A DNA stretch of 64,000 nt from the human T2T-CHM13v2.0 reference genome, Homo sapiens: NCBI RefSeq assembly GCF_009914755.1, contig NC_060937.1; one strand, 5' to 3'. Of the stretch, positions 1 to 14,880 are shown in pieces (positions within the stretch are counted from its first letter, which is position 1; each line of letters starts with the position of its first letter). The position numbers and the translations under genes were made by a program. The notes beneath the pieces were generated by a model. That model was given only the letters and a program-made list of their open reading frames with translations, was not told the origin of the DNA and did no database searches.

Positions 1-246
1 GACAGGGTCCTCAGCCATCACCCCAATAAGCGGAGGTCTGCCAACTGTCCATGTGATCTTGGAAGCGCACCTGAGACCTGATGAGAATTACAGCCCCAAA
101 TGACATTTCGATTGCAGCCGGGGGAGACCTGCCGAGGGTGTGGCTAAGCCTCGGCCACCCACACAGAAGCTCTGAGATGGCACCTGTGGGTTGTTTGTAG
201 CCGCTACGTTTGTGGTAATTTGCTGTGCAGCAATGTTACTTCAACA
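1..246 (+). mobile_element. MaLR LTR (MLT1-type) 3' part
   Basis: Ends with gctaagcc..cccacacagaagctctgaga..tgtttgtagccgctacgtttgtggtaatttgctgtgcagcaat..aca, matching the MLT1 3' terminus. Confidence 0.7.
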
Positions 247-788
247 GGCACCCTCTCATCGAACTGACGTTCACACTGATGGCAGCTCAGCATCCGCCAA
301 CGTGGTTGCGCCCAACCACACCAGGAGCCACGACATGGGTCCCTACCCCGCGCTTGCAGGAAAAAAGCCACTTTCACATAGGGTGTTCTGGATGAAGCAC
401 TGAAAGCTTTTAACGTATTAGACCTTGGCCCTTGTGTATTTGTCTCTCCCACATCCCATGTGAAGATGGGGAGTGCAAGCTGTTGCAAACTGAGGGATGG
501 AGGCACGTGTGATTGTTCCAGCTGGATCCTGCACTGTCCACTCTCCGTGAAATCCCATCTTTGTCTGAAAGAATGCTTAACGAACGCACACTACTTATTT
601 TCTCCACAACATCACTTCAAAGAAAATAACTGACAGTATTTGTTGCCAATAATAAATTTCAGCCTTCAAGTGAAAATTAGAGTTTTGGAAAACATACCTG
701 CCACGATGAGCTTGAAATGTTCTCGATCTAAAGACTTTTCTGATGAGATGTGTGGTATTAACAAATGTAATTTTCAAAATATTGTCTA

Positions 789-945
789 GGCTGGATGCGG
801 TGGCTTACACCCGTAATCCCAGTGCTTTGGGAGCCAGAGGCAGTAGGATCACTTGAGCCCAGGAGTTCAAGGCTGCAGTGAGCTATGATCACACAATTGT
901 ACCAGTGTACCCTAGCCTCAGCGACAGAGAAAAATCCCATCTCTC
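789..945 (+). mobile_element. Alu monomer (FLAM/FRAM-like)
   Basis: ggctggatgcggtggcttacacccgtaatcccag...gcagtgagctatgatc; single arm followed by a CT/GT microsatellite. Confidence 0.85.
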
Positions 946-1405
946 TCTCGTGCACGCACTCTCTGTCTCTACATATATGTGTGAGTGTGTGTGTGTATAA
1001 AATTTACTGAACCAATATTTTTTAATGATAGTGTCCAAGTACAAAATCATGCATGCAAACAGACTGATGACTTGTGATGTAACAGAGTGAAAAAGGGAAC
1101 TGGTGTGGCTTTAGATTCCACAACTAATCTTATAGCACTACTATTTTTCAAGTTTTTTTGTAGCCACAAGGAATATCCATAATGATTGGAAAAGCCTATA
1201 AAAATACGCATTCCCTTTCCACACACATCTGCCAGAAGCTGGTTTTCTTCCTATACTTCCCCCAAAACAATGTTTTGCAAGAGATTGAAAGAAGCCATTA
1301 TCATAATTCAGCCAACTTCTATTAAGCCAGATATTAGAGATTTCTAAAAATGTGATGCCATGCTGCTCTTCTCACTCCTTTTCAAACAATACAGTTACTT
1401 CCACA

Positions 1406-1769
1406 CAGATGTTCACCAACTTCACAGTAGTTCCACTTAAGATTTTTCAACTTTAGGATGGTTTCAAGTGACACGCGCTCAGTAGAGACCATAGCAGGTG
1501 CACCCATAGGACCATTCTGCTTTTTTACTTGCAGCTCAGTATTCGACAAATTATTTGAACTATTCAACACTTTATTATAAAATAGACTTTGTGTGAGATG
1601 ATTTTGCCCAACTGGAGGCTAACATGGGTGTTCTGAGCACCTTTAAGGTAGGCTGAGCTAAGCCGTGATGTTCAGTAGTCTAGGTGTATTAAATGCATTT
1701 TCAGCTTATAATTTCAATTCACAATAGTTTTATTAGGACATAACCCCATGAAAAGTCAAGGGGCATCTG
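1406..1769 (-). mobile_element. MER47A-like TcMar-Tigger MITE
   Basis: TIRs cagatg...catctg followed by TA; internal tttattataaaatagactttgtgtgagatgattttgcccaactg. Confidence 0.8.
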
Positions 1770-2027
1770 TAATGGGTTTATTATTTTTTTAATTAATTAA
1801 AAATGAATATTTAAAATTTTTCCTATTTTTAATTTCTACCCTGGTAAATATCAATAGATATATCCTGCAGGGGAAAAGCAAGCATTTTGTTTCTCAGTGA
1901 TTGTTAATAGTGTAAAAGGTTCTTCAGACAAAAAAGTTTGAGAACCACTGACCTCACCTGGCCTCACAGTGCACAGTGTTTTGGGTAGGTGGGGAGAGGA
2001 ATACATTAAGGTTGGTCAGGGAGCCAA

Positions 2028-2460
2028 TTGTTATTTGTTGAACTGCATCCCCTCCCAAAAAGTTATGTTGAAGTCCTAACCCACAGAACCTGTGCCTGTG
2101 GCCTTATTTGAAATAGAGACTTTACAGAGATCATCAAGTTGAGAGGTGGTCACTATGGCAAGCGCTAATTCCATGTGACTGGTGTCTTAGAAAGAGGGAA
2201 ATCTGGACACAGGAACGCAAAGAAGACAATGCGAAGACACAGGGAGAAGACACCGTCTACCAGCTGAGCAACACCAAGGCTCGCCGGCCACACGGGAAGC
2301 TGGAAGAGGCAAGACAAAATTCTCCTCAGGGGGTTCAGAGAGGGCAGTGCCCTGTCGACACCTTAATTTTGGACTTCCAGCCTCCAGAACTGCAAGACAA
2401 TAAATTTCTGTACTAAGCTACCCAGTCTGTGCTTTGATAGGACAGCCCGGGGAATGAAAT
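2028..2460 (+). mobile_element. MaLR solo LTR (MLT1B/C-like)
   Basis: tatgttgaagtcctaaccc, ccttatttgaaatagag, ttggacttccagcctccagaactgcaagacaataaatttctg. Confidence 0.85.
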
Positions 2461-5171
2461 CTCCACTGCACGTGTGATGGGTACCTATGCCCATGAGTCA
2501 CTGAGCACTCTACTCCAGTTACCGCTTTCCGCCCTCCAGGATGGCCAGGAAAGGTGGTGTCCTATCCAGCCTGCATGTCAGGAACCTGAGGATGAGAAGG
2601 AATCTCTATGCCAATCTCCGTGTTTTCTCTATTTCCCTGTGCAGCCTCCCAGGAAGGTGGGGGTGGTCTGCCCCAGCTCCACGGTGTCACAGGACTAAGA
2701 CTGACTTTGGCTGAAAACACTCCATTTGCTGATGCAGAGTTTATCCTTTAATTGTGGTGCACATACAAAAGAGGAAATTATTATTTAATTGTATTGGCCA
2801 AGTACCTAACCATAAAGTTAGTAACTCTTCATTTTACTGCTGATCATTGAGTGTTGTTGCTGTCCATCAATTTCATCATTGAATATGATAATGCAATTCA
2901 ACAGGCATCTAGAGTTCCCACTGCACAGGGGAAGAGGGGAGGGGCAGCCAGACAGAGAAGGTGACTGCCAAGATAGAAACACGGATGCGAGGCCCAGGGG
3001 ATTCGGCAAACGGGTCTGGTTGGAGCAAGCAGGAAACCTGAATGGGAGAGGGGACTTGAGCTGTGCTCAAAGCCTCAGGTGCAGGATGCCAGGAACTGAG
3101 AGAAGAACTGACAGAGTCTGGCCTGCTCTGAGTGGCGTCAGGAGACCTCAGAGGGGATCTGCTGACAGTGGATGGGGGTGTGGCCTGCAGGCATGTAGGA
3201 CTGGCCCATTGTCAAGCCCTTCACTGTTCTCATCATGGATACATACCAAGGAGCATCCAAGTTAAGGTGCGTTTCCCTGGAGGTGCACCGGCATCTCTTT
3301 TTCTACTCTTTGACTTTTTGGGGATGCCATGCCCCCTCCTCCCAACCCCCAACCTTGGGAACCCAGAATTTTCTATTTTTTCCTTTTCTTCTTCTAAGAA
3401 AATCTGCCTTTCAAGCAAGATTCTGAAAATCTTTTAGATTAATCTGTTAATGATTCTCCTCAGGGGAAGAGAAAATCTCATTTAAAGTGAGTCAAAGGCA
3501 TGGCTCTCTGAGGACAGACTGCAGCAACCTGGAAGGGGAGGGGCTCCCGTTTCATGGGAAGGGTCTTTTTTCCATCCACAAAGCCACGCAGCCCACCCAC
3601 GCTGGACACAGGCTGGGAGAAGAAACGCTTCCCCAAGATACGCACGGCTCCTGGGAAATTCTACCATCTCCACTTTATTCTCACAATTTAGCCTAAGTAG
3701 GTAACTCCTGGAATGAAGGTCTTTGGTGCAGAATGACAGAAACAGCCTGGGAAGCGGAACCCGGAGGAGAACAGGAGGGCCACCCAGTGTGAGTCCAAGG
3801 CCGGCCACCTGCACTGAGCAGGGCCACGCCCACCCCGTGTGCTCACCGTGGGACCATCCCTCTCTATTTCAGAACAGGTGAATTGATTAGGAATCCAGAA
3901 GTTTGCTCTTCTCCACTTGGCTAACCATGCTCACATGACCTGACCGCAAGGCCCCCCGAGCTTCTCGCAGAGGTCACCGGCCCTCATGCTGCCACCGGTC
4001 AGGGCTGGGTTCTGGGGAGACACCCACCCCAGGTCCCGTGCCAGGTGGTGTGCACAGGGTCCGGGCTAGCCGCCCCATGTGCTGCCAGGCCACACGGAGC
4101 CAGGCGTTCCGTGATTGTCACAGGGTGGAATGCATGGAAGTAACTTGGCATGGGGGAAATAATAAATAATTGATAAAACTGGAGAAGCTGGTGGATGAGA
4201 TGATTCTCCTAGTGACTCGTGTTAAGTGCAGGAAATCAAGCCGTCCTTTTGTGCCGTACGGGAGCTACTCTCACCGTGGGCAAAATCTTTCCACACCTGA
4301 CAATTAACTTACAGAAGATTAGTCACCTCTCAGTTATCCAGAGGGCAGGTGACGCCACTGGAGGATTACCTGGGGTTCCCGTTCCTCCTCATGCTGGCAC
4401 CTGCCTTCATGCCACCTTCAGTGTGAGAGCTAATCCCTCCTTCCCGTGTGCTCCAAGAGTGCTTCATTAACGCACTGCGAACTCTCTATCCAACAACCCC
4501 TCCCGTCTCCCTTCCAGGGTGGCCGTGTGGGTAACAGAGGCTGGGAGAAATTAGGGAAACTGCCGAGGTTTACACAGGCCACAGGTTGTCCCCTGAGAAC
4601 TGACCCCAAATTCTCATCTTTGAGGTTAACACAGACATTTCTCTTGTCTGCTTCCTCTGCACTAAAGACAAGAAAATGAAATTCAAGTCCTGTAATCCAG
4701 GTACTTAAGAAGTGTTTGCTTTGGAACACATTGATACTCTGTGTTCTAAAGTTTGCCTTTTTAGATTATCTGTCCATTTCAGCCACCCATCCTCGTTTCG
4801 CTGGAGACAGAATTCAGCACTGGCTGTTGGCGTAGCTGCCACATTTTCATCTCGCTTGAAGGAAAATGTTTCCGATGTGCGTGGAGAGCCACAGAGGATG
4901 CCGTATCTGCTCAGGAGCATGTTGTCTGTCTGTTTGGGGATGAGCTGAAGTTTTGTTCACCGTGAAAGGATCCTTCACAGATGACAAAGTCACTGCAGGC
5001 TTGATTCAGCCTGATGGCTCAAAGGGCTTCACCAACCTTCGACAGCCTCTAACCAGCCCGGGGATGACACTAAGTGCAGGAATACAGGGTGTGGGCCCCT
5101 CCGGCCTCGGAGGGCCTCCTATGGAGGCCAGAGTTCAACTGCTGAAGCCAAAATCAACAGAAACATCAAAC

Positions 5172-5619
5172 CTGCCTGGCACCCCGTACGTCCGAGCATG
5201 GTGGTGCTGCCGTCTGTGATCCAGGCTGAACGCTCCTGCCCGGCACCCTGTGGCATCCGAGCATGGTGGTGCTGCCATCTGTGATCCAGGCTGAACGCTC
5301 CTGCCTGGCACCCTGTGCATCCAAGCATGGTGGTGCTGCCGTCTATGATCCAGGCTGAGCGCTCCTGCCCGGCACCCCGTGCATCCGAGCATGGTGGTGC
5401 TGCCGTCTGTGATCCAGGCTGAACGCTCCTGCCCGGCACCCTGTGCATCCGAGCATGGTGGTGCTGCCGTCTATGATCCAGGCTGAGCGCTCCTGCCCGG
5501 CACCCTGTGCATCCGAGCATGGTGGTGCTGCCGTCTGTGATCCAGGCTGAACGCTCCTGCCCCGCACCCTGTGCATCCGAGCATGGTGGTGCTGCCGTCT
5601 GTGATCCAGGCTGAGCGCT
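5172..5619. repeat. VNTR, 64-bp unit, about 7 copies
   Basis: cc(g/a)agcatgg recurs at 5192, 5257, 5321, 5385, 5449, 5513, 5577. Confidence 0.95.
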
Positions 5620-8600
5620 GAGCTCAGTGGCTATTGCCAGCTCAAGCGCATAACTGCCTTGTCCTCAGTCTGTGGATCTTGGTTAACAAAATCTTTAAGC
5701 TCTTGAGGCTTGGGTTCAGCTGGTTTGCTGTGAGTTGAAGTCTGCACTCCTCTCATTTGGCTTGGCCGTGGGGACCCTGGTTAGACAGACCCTGATGCTG
5801 CGCACACCTCATTGCAGAGGATGAGATGAGCCCTCCCGTGTGCTTTCCGTATTATCCGAAAAGTCAGTAAATTCTACCCTCAATGAGAAATCTGATTTTA
5901 GTTAGTACAAAAGAAAATTAAATAACCAGGGTGTGGGAAGGCAGCGTGGCTTCTGAGGTCAACAACATGCCTCTGCCCAGGTGTATTTCCGGAGCAATAA
6001 GCTTCCTTAATGATCTCAGCCCTGGTGTCTTCCCATCCAGTGACTCAAAATCAATGCAGATCATCTTACCCCAACCCGGCCTCTCATTGACACGCAGGAA
6101 CTTCACAGCGGGATGGGAGGTCTCTCTACGGAGTTTCCACATGGGAGTTTCATGGATGGGGACTTCCATGGCCACTGGTGATGCTGGGGAGGCTTCACAG
6201 AGAATAGGATTACACGTAATGTTGAAGTAGGGCAGAGAATTCTGTTCTCGATGAAACTTTCTAATGCTATTTCAAACCATTGCTGGAAAATGGCAACAGT
6301 CTGTAGCCAGGAACGAGAGCAGGAAAAATGTCATCAAAGACGGATCTTGGGCCTTGCAGGAGCCTCAGAAGAGCAGGTGAGGGCAGCAGGAAGAGAGGCG
6401 CTGGGAAGCCGAGAGTGAACTGGCATGTGGGGCCCACCACGTGGTGACGTGGGACCCCAGTCAGACCTTCCCAGGATGGAAGGGCACAGCCGGAGGGCGG
6501 CACCCAGAACACCAGGGGAAGGATTTTCATGGGGACCGTGGCCCAGACACAGCATGCGCAGCTCAGCGTCCTGATGTGGGGATGACAAGGGCCGATAGTA
6601 ACTGTAAGGCAGGAAAAGAGGTGCCAGAGGAATGTGACATGTGGGGCCTATGGTACAAAGGAAGGGGAAAGCTCCAGGAAACACCAGGAGATTCGCATTT
6701 ACAGTTAAGCCTGAGAAGTTAGGGAGGAAAGCAGTGGCCACATATTTGCTGTGAATAATAAGAGGAGATGTTTCCATTTGTTTGTCCTAATACCAATGAG
6801 CAAATGAAAATCCTGCCAGATGAGATACTTAGTCATTTTCATGGTCCATGAGTTTCTGGGGGAATCAGTACACACAAGTCCTCCATATCCAGAGACTGGG
6901 ATGTGAGCGTGTTCCTGAGTGCGGTCCATTTACTGTGTCCTAATAAGAATCCAGCTACTCTTTCAGCCCAGCATCAGCCGGACTTCACTCTATACCTGAG
7001 GTCGGGGTTGTTTCTTCCCTCTGGTGTGGGGGTGGTGGGCACAGGTTGGGGTGGAAGAGGAGCTGAGGCTGGCAAGGGGAGAGCACAGCTCCAGGAACAC
7101 AAGCTCCCGATAACTAGTCCTCGGATGAATGAACAGTGCATGACCTAGGAGATGTCATAAATATCAAGCTCCGGTTCCTGCACAGTGAGCCGAGACCTGG
7201 GAGCTGACGCACAGGACGGACCTTGGTGCTGCTCAGACTCATTGCTGGGCCTTGTCTCCTGCATGCAGACAAGAGCTGCATTTCTCAGCTAAGCCAGGCT
7301 GGGCTGGTGACTGTGGGATGTGGACATGTGTACCTCCTGCATGGACATGTTGAGGACCTGGCGGGTTGGAGTGCCCACATCGCTTTGCTTACCGTCTTGA
7401 TGATCTGGGAACCATCGGCTGACACGGGGCAGCCATGAGACCAAGGCTTCCAGGGGCTGAGCCAGCGTGGGGAGCACAGCTCCAACGGTTATCTCGGCTC
7501 TGAGGTTCTGACCTTGGGGTCACTGCAACATAACCAAAACTACCCTGTAAACTACCCTCACCAAAATAAGACAGCTGTTGTCATTCTTCCTTTGGGGAAG
7601 ACATGTTTGCTGTGAGTTTCTACCGGGCCCATCTGGGGACCAGCTTGAGAGTGGAGGCCTCCAAGAGTACGGTGTTCACAAAAATCTGCAAAGAATGTCT
7701 CTGTGGCCCCCTGTGGAAACGGCATTAAGGTCACGACCACCTGCACCCGGTTCGTGGAGAAACTTGCATATTTCCTCCTGCCTCCACCATGAGTCATGCG
7801 TGCACCCAGGGCCTTGCATCGGGCAGAGGGCAGGGGCATTTCACAATGAGGCAGCACATGACTCACACTGTGGCTCTGGGACCAGAGGGCCCACAGCGCA
7901 GGCCGCCTTGTGCATTCTCTCAGACGGCACTAGCCGCATGGGCAGAATGCGCCTGGGCGTGACCGCTTCCCAGCCCACAGGCCCTGGCACTCTCTGGGCC
8001 CGACATGGGGATGTTGGGAGAGAGGATATGGGCACATGCTGCTCAGACCCTGAATACGGCAAAGCGCATTCTCACCCGGGGAAAACGGGGCTCACGTGGA
8101 AGAAAGCAAGTAGAGGGTGAAAGCTCTCTATCAAGCTTCCAAATATTGGAGCATGAAGCCAAGTCCCCACACAGCCAGCCTGACTGCCAGTGGCTTCCCA
8201 AGGAGAAGAGGCTTCCTGCTGCCTGGACTGAGAGGCGCTCAGTCAGGCGGAGTGAGGGGCAAGGACAGGGCTATCTGGCCCCCATGCTGGCCCCACCGGT
8301 GTGCCTTCTTCTCCAGCCTCTGAGGCGGGATCCAGCGCAGTTCAGTTCTGCAGGCACCAAGTGTCCTTGCTTTTCTTTGGATGAGGCTATGGTGTTTCAG
8401 GGCTGTGGGTCACTAGAGTACACCTGGGCTTGGCTCTGCCTCCTCTCCCTCTGGCCCTGGACATGGAGATGGGACGCCCGGAGCCCCAGGGACCCGTGGG
8501 GTGATGCACACGCACGTCTTCAGTGAGCTGTCAAGAACGCCCTGCATCTGTGCTTGTGGCACTCTGAGAGCTCCAGACAGGCTGGAAGCTGCTTCAGGAC

Positions 8601-9734
8601 CCAAATGGCTACCGTCTCCATGAGGCTCCACATGCCCGCAATGGCTTCAGCCACCCCTGCAGAGCCAGGACGCTCTTACGCCCTACAGACAGTCTGACGC
8701 CACCTGCTTGAAAGTGGGGCATGTGCTGGGCTGTGGCACCAGGCAAGCTTGCCGGGCAGTCTCCAGCAGCTCTTCTCACTCCCTGCAGTCTGGTGACACC
8801 CACGCTTGGCCAGGCCTTCCTCTGGGGTCCCTGTCATCTGTCCTGAAGAGCAACCTCTACGGAAGCCCTGAGACAACAACGTGGGGGCCACGACGGGACC
8901 AGAGGCAAGGCTGTGATCAGCCCTTTTATTCCCAAGTGAGCTCAGGGCTTGAAGTGTGTCACTGTCCAGGACCACATGCTCCGGAGGGGCCCGAGCAGCC
9001 GTGGGCACTTGCCCTGTTCCGGACCCACGGGCCTCACCCTGCACCCAGTTCTGCGGGCTCTGGCAGGGTGGGGGTAGCTGCAGGCGGGGTCAGTGCAGCT
9101 CCCACCCCGTGCTCTTGTGTTTCGGTGTCACAAACACCGTGCAAACAACGCTGACTCTTGAAAGCTTTTTTTTTTTTTTTAATTTCTCTCGTTTCTGTTG
9201 AAACGTGACACTCAAATTCGAGATGGGAGCAGAGATCAACAAACCCTGTCAGCGTTGTCAACCCAGGTGTGACAGAGCCGTCTTCCTAAATTGCTGCTCA
9301 TCTGCCAAAGGCCTCTCTCTCTGCAACCTCCATTGCGCTGTTTGCTCACATACTGTTAACACTTTAGACTTCGCCCTCCGAGGTGTCACTGTGTGCCACT
9401 TAGTGCGTAAGGAGAGCCGTGTGAGCAGCCTCCAGCACGCGGATTTGGGGAGCTGGAGAAAGCTGATTAGCTATTCAGGGAGAATAATCTTATTGAGAGT
9501 AGTAAGAGCTGCATGAAGAACGCGCTTCCCTTCCCAGGAACAATCTCCTCATTATGTTGTCAAGCTTGCTGTTGAGTTCCCCCCTGTGCCATTAAGAAAC
9601 CGTTTTCCATGTTAAGAAAGAGATTTCCAGATTGTGATGCTGTTTGCTGATTTTTTTTTATTGTTTAAAGAATCTGTATGTATCAAACCAAACATTAAAA
9701 AATGACTCATGTGCAGCATAATTACTTGCAATGA

Positions 9735-10445
9735 GGCACGCCGGACCGGCTGGGTGGGGAGGAAGGGGTGCGAGGGGCGCCCGTGGCCAGGCGGGGAGCG
9801 GGCGGTGAAGATTAGAATTCCACATCAGCGCGCAACACTTTCACCTCAGCGCGAAATGCAGTTGCAGATCGATAAGGCTTGATGGGCGAGGAGCGGGCGG
9901 AGAGGAGATGCAGCTGCAGGCTTCTGCGTGCGGCAAACATTTCCGCTCCGTCGATGTTCTCCGTGGAAAAGGAGAAACAAGAAGTTGGAGCTGTGCACAC
10001 ATCTGCCCTCCCGGACCCCTCTCCTGGCTGCAAAGGGAAGAATCTCCACAACAGGAAATGGGTCCTCCACCGAGAGGGGCCCCCAGGGCTGTGAGCAGCC
10101 CCCCAGGCCCGCCCTGCCCCCAGGCCCGCCTCTAGTGGGAAGGCGTGAGCGCGGCCGGCCTGGCATTGTTCTTCACTGGCGGGCACGGTGTCTTCCAGCC
10201 GTTGCCGACCGGCTAATTTAAATAATGAACAGTAAGGAGCTTTTTCTTAATCTCTGCATGAACCAGGGCACAAGGCGTGGGTGTCACAAGATTTCATGAT
10301 AACGATTCCCGTCAAAACGAGCAACGCTGACGCCAAAGCCCGTGCCCCACGCGGCGTGCACAGCAGTCGGGAGCGGACGCGCCTGCTAGGGCCGCACGTG
10401 CTCCTCCTGGTGACTCGGTCGGCGTTTCCTTCGCCACTGCGGGGC
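9735..10445. promoter_or_regulatory. CpG island-like segment (candidate enhancer or promoter)
   Basis: About 57 CpG counted by hand in about 710 bp, GC roughly 60%, not repeat-derived, with GC boxes (gggcgg). Confidence 0.65.
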
Positions 10446-11609
10446 TTCAGGCTGATTCTGGCAGATCCTGTAGTTAAGCAATTTGGAACGAATGTGTTTG
10501 GGAGCTTTGTGGTGAAACCTCAGGTGTGTTTTACAGAAGTGGGGATTACTGAAGGGGCGTCTTTCTTAGGTAGCAACCTGCATGATAAGGTGACTCCATC
10601 TTATCCAAAAACGAAAGTAAGTTTCAAGGCTTAGACTACATTTGCTGGTAGCTTCTGCTTTTTGGAATGTTCTACCAAATACCCAACAGCTCCGAAATAG
10701 GCCGTCAGTGATCTGCGCCTCACCGCCCTTGCTGGGCAGGTGCTGGCAGCTTCACCAGCCTTGGTGTGACTGGCAGGTGGGGGCCCTCAACCTCCAGCAA
10801 TGGAAACTCGTGATCCCTCAGCCGGCTCCTACATCACTTCACTGTAGACACGGTGCCGGGTACCCTGCACACGGTAGTAACAAGGCAGGTGCGTCCCTTT
10901 CCTCGTGAAGAGCTTATCTACCAGTGGTAACAGTGCCATGAGGGAGCGAGTGTGCCCGCCTGTGTCTGCAGGGGTGTCCGGGCATCCTGGGGAAGGGAGG
11001 CTGCCTGGGAGACAGGGATGGAATGTTCTAGCTGTGGAGGCCAAGTGAGCTGCTTTATAGGACACTGGAGAAGATTTATGTGGCCCAGTGCCTCATCTGC
11101 ACTTCCCCTAAGAGCTGTAGGAAGCCCCACAATAGAGCCTTGGATAGTTTTCTTTGGCTTAGGATGTTGGTGCTTGAGAGGGAAGCCTGGGTGAGGGGCC
11201 TGGTGACCCCCACCTCAGCCCAGGCCACAGAGATGGAGCTCCTGGTTCTGCCCAGGGAAGGAAGGGGGTGGACTTTGGAGTAGGATGGCCCCGACATGGT
11301 GCCGGGCTGGGTGTCCAAAATCAGGGCCCAGGCAGCATCTCCAATCTCTGCCCAGAGTAATGTGCAGAGCCTTTGGCTGGGGCGCAGCAGGGGACAACGG
11401 CCTCGATGTGATGGGATGAGAGACTCACCAACATTGACCTCCTCTGTGTGACCCTACAAGAACTTACTGCATGATTATTAGGGCCAGACCCTGCAGCAGG
11501 CATTAAGGAAACAAGTACTAATAAAGTGTGTTTTTGTGTGTTCAGGAGGTTGGAAGTAAAGCTTCCTAGGCAGGTGTCAGTGGAGACAGAACTGAGCCAC
11601 CTCAAGCAA

Positions 11610-11725
11610 GGGCTCTGCCGCTCTGAACCTGGGCTCCCAATGGTAAAGAATAATAAGCACTTATTGCAGGGTTGTTGAGAGGCTTAGAAGAAAGTGCCTA
11701 GCGCAAAGTAGGTGATGAATAATTG
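11610..11725 (+). mobile_element. MIR fragment
   Basis: gaataataagcacttattgcagggttgttgagaggcttag...aaagtgcctagc. Confidence 0.55.
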
Positions 11726-11790
11726 TGCATTTTCTTTAATGATTGTGCATTCTTCTTTCAGCGTGCTCACAGTCTGAAAGCGCTGCCTAA

Positions 11791-11997
<207 letters not shown>

Positions 11998-12199
11998 TGA
12001 ATGACAGTATATGCATAAAACTCAAAAGGTACAGGAGGGAACCTCCTGGAAATGTGTCTTCTAATTCGTCCATTTGTGAAGCTGAGCCCCTTTCTCTTTT
12101 TTAACTGGGGGTTGGGACAGAAAGCCAGGCAGGGGGCTTACTGCACATTGAAACCTGAACCTGGGTAGGGGAGGACACTCCCCCAGCAACGTCCCATTG

Positions 12200-12815
12200 T
12201 CTGATTGTATGAATCAGCCATACGCTACCTGATCAGTCTCCTGCTGATAGATTTCTTTCAATATTGCACATTTACCCAGTGCTGCAATGGGTATCTTTGA
12301 ACACGTACATCTTGCACATGAGTCAGTATATGCAAAAGATAAATTTCCTGAAGTGCAATTTTGGATGAAAAGGAATGTTGTATTGACAGGTAATTGACAA
12401 ATGGCTCTCTGTAGATTCTGTTCTAATACATGCTCTGTCAGACACTGTAAGAAAGTCCATCTCCTACCCCCTACCTCCTTACCAACCCAGTGGCCACCCA
12501 ACTTTTTGATCTCTGCCCACTTGAGGGTTAAGTCAATGAAATCTTGCTGTAGTTTTGAGTTTCTCTTTTTATGAGTAAAGTTGAGTTTTCTGTGGAGGAG
12601 ACATTTGTATTTCCTTTTCTGTGAACTGTCTGCTTGTATTCCTTGGCAATGCATTCTGTCAGATGGCTGGCCTTTTGCTTATTGATTTGTGAAAGCTGTT
12701 TATCTATTAGACAAATTAGCACTTTATACTATGAATTCAAATATTTTGATCTATTCATTTATCTTTTCTCTTTGTCTCTATTCCTTTTCATAATTCAAAA
12801 ATTTCAAGTTTTTAT
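12200..12815 (-). mobile_element. Old L1 (L1ME/MC-like) fragment
   Basis: catttgtatttccttttctgtgaactgtctg and related antisense L1 ORF2/3' end motifs. Confidence 0.65.
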
Positions 12816-12819
12816 GTTG

Positions 12820-13920
12820 TTAGGCAAAGATTTCTTAGACATGACACCAAAAGGAAAAAATGATAAATTGAATGTCATCAAAATTAAGAACTTCTGGCCT
12901 TCAAAAGATACTGTTCAGACAATATAAAGACAAGCCACAGCCTGGGAGAAAATATTTGCAAATCGTATATCTGATAAAAAAGACTTGCATCTAGAGTATG
13001 TTAAAAACTCTTAAACTGAATGATAAAAAGACAAATGAGCCAACAAAAAATGGGCAAGAGATTTCAGTAGACAGTTCACCAAAGAAGATGTCATCATGGT
13101 AACGTGGCCTTCAAAGGATGCTCGGCATCGTTAGTCACTAGGGAGATGCAGATAAAAACCACAGCAAGATACCACTGCACCCACCGGCATGGCCACAATG
13201 ATAATAATAAACATACAACAGACAGTAACAGTGTTGGTGAGGACGTGAAGAAATTAGAACCATCAAAAGCTGGTGGTGGAGACGGAAAATGGGGCAGCCA
13301 CTTGCGAAACACCTCAGCAATTTCTCTAACACGTTGAATAGAACTTATCACATGGCCCAGCAATTCCAAAGCCTCCCTAGGTGTGGAGCTCAGACAGACC
13401 AAGAGGAATGAAGACACACGTCCATACAGTGACGTATGCTTAATGTTCACAGCAGCCCGAATTGCAAAGCACCCAAATGTCCATCAACAGATAACTGGAT
13501 AAACAAATGGAGGTATATCTGTACAGTAGAATCCTACTCAGGAATAAAAAGGAAAATACTAATGATACTCGCAACAACATGGATACATCTCCAAATAGTT
13601 CTACTGAGTGAAAGAAATACGACAAGATAGAGTATACCCTGTGTGATTCTGTTTACAGAACATTCTAGAGAAAGCAAACTAGTCAGTAGTGAGAGAAAGC
13701 AGACCAGAGTGCACCTGGGATGGGGGAGCAGGGTGGGGCGGGGTTGGAGGGACAGGTTACAAAGGGCAAGAGCCATGGAGAGTGGCAGATGTGTTTGTTA
13801 TCTTGATTGCAATGGTGGTTTTACAACTGTATACATATGTAAAAACTATCAAATCATTTGCTTTATATATGTAAGGGTTACTGTATAGCAAATACACCTC
13901 AATAAAGCTGTTCAAAAAAT
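12820..13920 (+). mobile_element. L1 3' end (L1MB/L1MC-like), degenerate ORF2 C-terminus and 3'UTR
   Basis: GKDFLDMTPK..IKIKNF and REMQIKTTARYH peptides, ccaaatgtccatcaacag, terminal cctcaataaagctgttcaaaaaa. Confidence 0.9.
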
Positions 13921-13939
13921 GAGAAATATATATATGAAG

Positions 13940-14880
<941 letters not shown>

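Larger units (their letters stand above)
250..1950 (+). mobile_element. Charlie1 hAT DNA transposon relic (degenerate transposase 3' part and right TIR), interrupted by an Alu monomer and MER47A
   Basis: tcacttcaaagaaaataactgacagtatttgttgccaat, ttctattaagccagatattagagattt and terminal aaaaagtttgagaaccactg match Charlie1. Confidence 0.8.

Noticed and set aside
5172-5619. Regularly spaced repeats as a CRISPR array
   Set aside because: Units are contiguous with no unique spacers, the context is eukaryotic and no cas genes are present; the same applies to the other VNTRs.
12820-13920. Functional L1 ORF2
   Set aside because: Only a degenerate, truncated 3' fragment with stops and frameshifts.
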